This document shows, piece after piece, positions 61,910 through 64,000 of a DNA stretch of 64,000 bases. The DNA is from Thecamonas trahens ATCC 50062. Taxonomy: Eukaryota > Protista > Apusomonadida. Positions within the stretch are counted from its first letter, which is position 1; every line of letters begins with the position of its first letter. Position numbers and translations under genes: made by a program. Where the stretch lies: the NCBI RefSeq assembly GCF_000142905.1, contig NW_013657620.1, positions 62,001-126,000 on the forward strand. Reading direction: 5' to 3'. The notes under the pieces were generated by a model. It saw nothing but the letters and a program-made list of their open reading frames with translations. It made no database searches and was not told the DNA's origin.

Positions 61910-64000
61910 ATGGCGGGGATGCAGTACCGGCGGAGGATGGTGGTGCTTCTGGCTACGGCGTTACTGGTGGCTTGCATGCTCTACGCGTCTTCCACATGGC
62001 ATTCGTCCGACTTGTCATGGGAGCAGGTTCGGGTGCATGCACCTAATGGGGGTGAGAAAAATATTGATGGTGATGGGCATCATGATGGTTCGGAACAAGC
62101 AGGAGACTCGCACCACTCGGCATTGCCGCAACAACCTATCACAGTGCAACCACTGGTGCATGTGTCGCAAGCTTGTGATGCTCTGCTTGGAAGCCATCGC
62201 ATCGCGGCTTGGAGATCGTCAGTGGCGTGGGAGAACGCGTGTGGCACGTGCTGGAGTCAGAGACTGGCCGAGAGAGATCCACCGTCGTCAGCTTGCGCAC
62301 TGGGCGCGGCAGATGGCAAGGCAAGTTGCTGGCAGGTCCGCATCAACCCACATTTGTTCGACGACTCGCAGCAGAAGATTGCGCTTGCTTCCGGCGTGAT
62401 CGAGCTGGTCGGACCGAGCGCCAACGAAGCTGTGACAGACATCAAGGCCGAGTGGGAGGCAGATGGCCAGTCGCGGTTGCAGGGGAACCGAGCGATTCCG
62501 CCGCTGGCGTGGCTCGGTGCGCTGGAGGCCGACGAGGAGGCGAGCTGCGCCGAGACTGTTACTGATGACTCGCTGGTCTTGCTTGCACGCTGGGACGTGA
62601 CCAATGTGTTCCACACAATGGAGGACATGATTACCATGTTTGAGCACGCGCTACTCCTACAGGTCCATCCTCGGTCGCTGCGGCTGCTCCTGGCCGACGC
62701 GTCGTGGAAGCCAGACGGCCCGTTCTTCCAGCTCTGGTCGCAGCTGTTCTCACCAACACCACCTCGGCGGATTTCGGATCTTGACCAGCCGATCTGCGCT
62801 GCACAGGCTGTGCTGCCGATTTTTGCCGGGGCATCAATCTTTGGTCATCCGACCTCGGGCAAGCCGCGGATGTGCGGATCGGCAGTGGTCCGGGCCTTTG
62901 CTGACTATGTGCGGGCGGCGCTTGGCGTGCCACCGCCACCCCCGCGCGCACCAGCGTGCACCCCAGCACAACCATGCACCGTTATCTGGATCGACCGCAC
63001 CGAGCCGGCCAACGCTACTCATCGCTACAACCGTCAGCTCTCTCGCGACGACACGGCGGCGTTCATTCAGTTCCTGCGCGACCACCTTGGCGTTAGCTAC
63101 TCTGTTGTGGCGGTCGACCTCGAGAGGATGGCCATTGAGGACCAGATCCGGATGGTGGCTAGCTCGCGGGTGCTGATGGGTGCCCACGGCGCCGGCCTAA
63201 CCCTCTCGCTCTTTCTTCCGCGGTATACCGCCGGCAACGGCGCGTCGCTTGTGGTCGAGCTCCCGACCCGTGACGTCAATTTGCACTACCACAACATGGC
63301 GACGGCGCTCGGGCACGACTATGCCGCGGCCGACACAATGCTGCGACACTCGGCGGAGAGGTATACGCTAGATGTTCCGCTGCTGTGGCGTGAGTGCTTG
63401 TCACATGCACTGGGCATACTCGAGGCGGCGCCGACCGAGTTCCTACGAGCAACACGAGCCGAGGCCGCGCGCCCCACCTCTGGCCGGCAGCTCTGCCACA
63501 ACATGACCGCCAACCTTGGCCTCCGCCTGGCGGTACCAGATGAGCCACACTATGCGCCGCTGTATGCAGGAAAGCGATCATTGCGGGTCCTTCTTGTCGG
63601 CGACTCGCTGACCAAGGGCTATCTGATGCCCCGGCCCGATCCGCCAGCAGACTCGCACCACCCATACGCCCGCCGGCTGCGGGCGCTCCTCACCGATGCT
63701 GCGCTCGTGACGGTGGTCGCCGAGTCTGGCTACACCGCGCGTCAGATCACAATCTTGGTTGAAGCCCACCTCACAGATCCGAGCACGCCGTTGTACGACG
63801 TCGCGATTGTGTTGGCTGGCACCAACGACGTCGGCAGAACGCCGTTCCCCCAAGCTCGCACCGACCTCTGTGACCTTCACAAGCTCCTCCTCGAGCACCT
63901 ACCCCGGACTGTGGCACTAACGCTCCCGGGCCTTCCACCAAGCTATACCGACCGCCTCACTGCCACCAACACGTACATTGCCGAGCAACTCGCGGCCGAT
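61910..64000 (+). CDS. Glycosyltransferase family 61 (EOGT-like) fused to an SGNH/GDSL hydrolase; type II membrane protein, runs off window end
   Basis: Manual translation, open from ATG 61910 to 64000: N-terminal TM; RWDVTNVFHTMED; VIWIDR...NRQL; IEDQIRMVASSRVLMGAHGAGLT; VVELP...HYHNMA; then VLLVGDSLT (63599), SGYTA, IVLAGTND. Absent from the ORF track. Confidence 0.88.
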   Translation, partial: MAGMQYRRRMVVLLATALLVACMLYASSTWHSSDLSWEQVRVHAPNGGEKNIDGDGHHDGSEQAGDSHHSALPQQPITVQPLVHVSQACDALLGSHRIAAWRSSVAWENACGTCWSQRLAERDPPSSACALGAADGKASCWQVRINPHLFDDSQQKIALASGVIELVGPSANEAVTDIKAEWEADGQSRLQGNRAIPPLAWLGALEADEEASCAETVTDDSLVLLARWDVTNVFHTMEDMITMFEHALLLQVHPRSLRLLLADASWKPDGPFFQLWSQLFSPTPPRRISDLDQPICAAQAVLPIFAGASIFGHPTSGKPRMCGSAVVRAFADYVRAALGVPPPPPRAPACTPAQPCTVIWIDRTEPANATHRYNRQLSRDDTAAFIQFLRDHLGVSYSVVAVDLERMAIEDQIRMVASSRVLMGAHGAGLTLSLFLPRYTAGNGASLVVELPTRDVNLHYHNMATALGHDYAAADTMLRHSAERYTLDVPLLWRECLSHALGILEAAPTEFLRATRAEAARPTSGRQLCHNMTANLGLRLAVPDEPHYAPLYAGKRSLRVLLVGDSLTKGYLMPRPDPPADSHHPYARRLRALLTDAALVTVVAESGYTARQITILVEAHLTDPSTPLYDVAIVLAGTNDVGRTPFPQARTDLCDLHKLLLEHLPRTVALTLPGLPPSYTDRLTATNTYIAEQLAAD

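Overview
GC-rich, very compact eukaryotic (protist) nuclear DNA with about 32 supportable protein-coding genes, few short GT-AG introns, two N-gaps and no prokaryotic operon, CRISPR or transposase signal. Gene content (nuclear minC, XPO6, SKA3, TAF4, IDO-gamma) and style suggest a flagellate such as an apusomonad (Thecamonas-like); this is inference. Recognisable genes: OS-9/ERLEC1-like lectin (partial), claudin-like tetraspan, BAH protein, a ~2080-aa hemopexin-CUB-sushi-filamin-multiTM receptor, SKA3, SLC35F-like transporter, NHL-repeat surface protein, IDO, HSF, ZSWIM7/SWS1, XPO6, CLN3/BTN1, DUS2, TAF4, ATG1/ULK kinase, RPL29, DR1/NC2-beta, PSI-domain protein, DUF229 enzyme, O-methyltransferase, MinC and a GT61-SGNH fusion (partial). 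Best leads: (1) a small membrane-protein ORF with an in-frame TGA followed by a SECIS-like hairpin and ATTAAA (candidate novel selenoprotein); (2) nuclear-encoded MinC; (3) the GT61-SGNH fusion; (4) six one-base-short frameshifts, all at homopolymer runs (most likely assembly errors); (5) candidate structured RNAs beside and inside RPL29. All family assignments are by eye from remembered motifs, not database searches.
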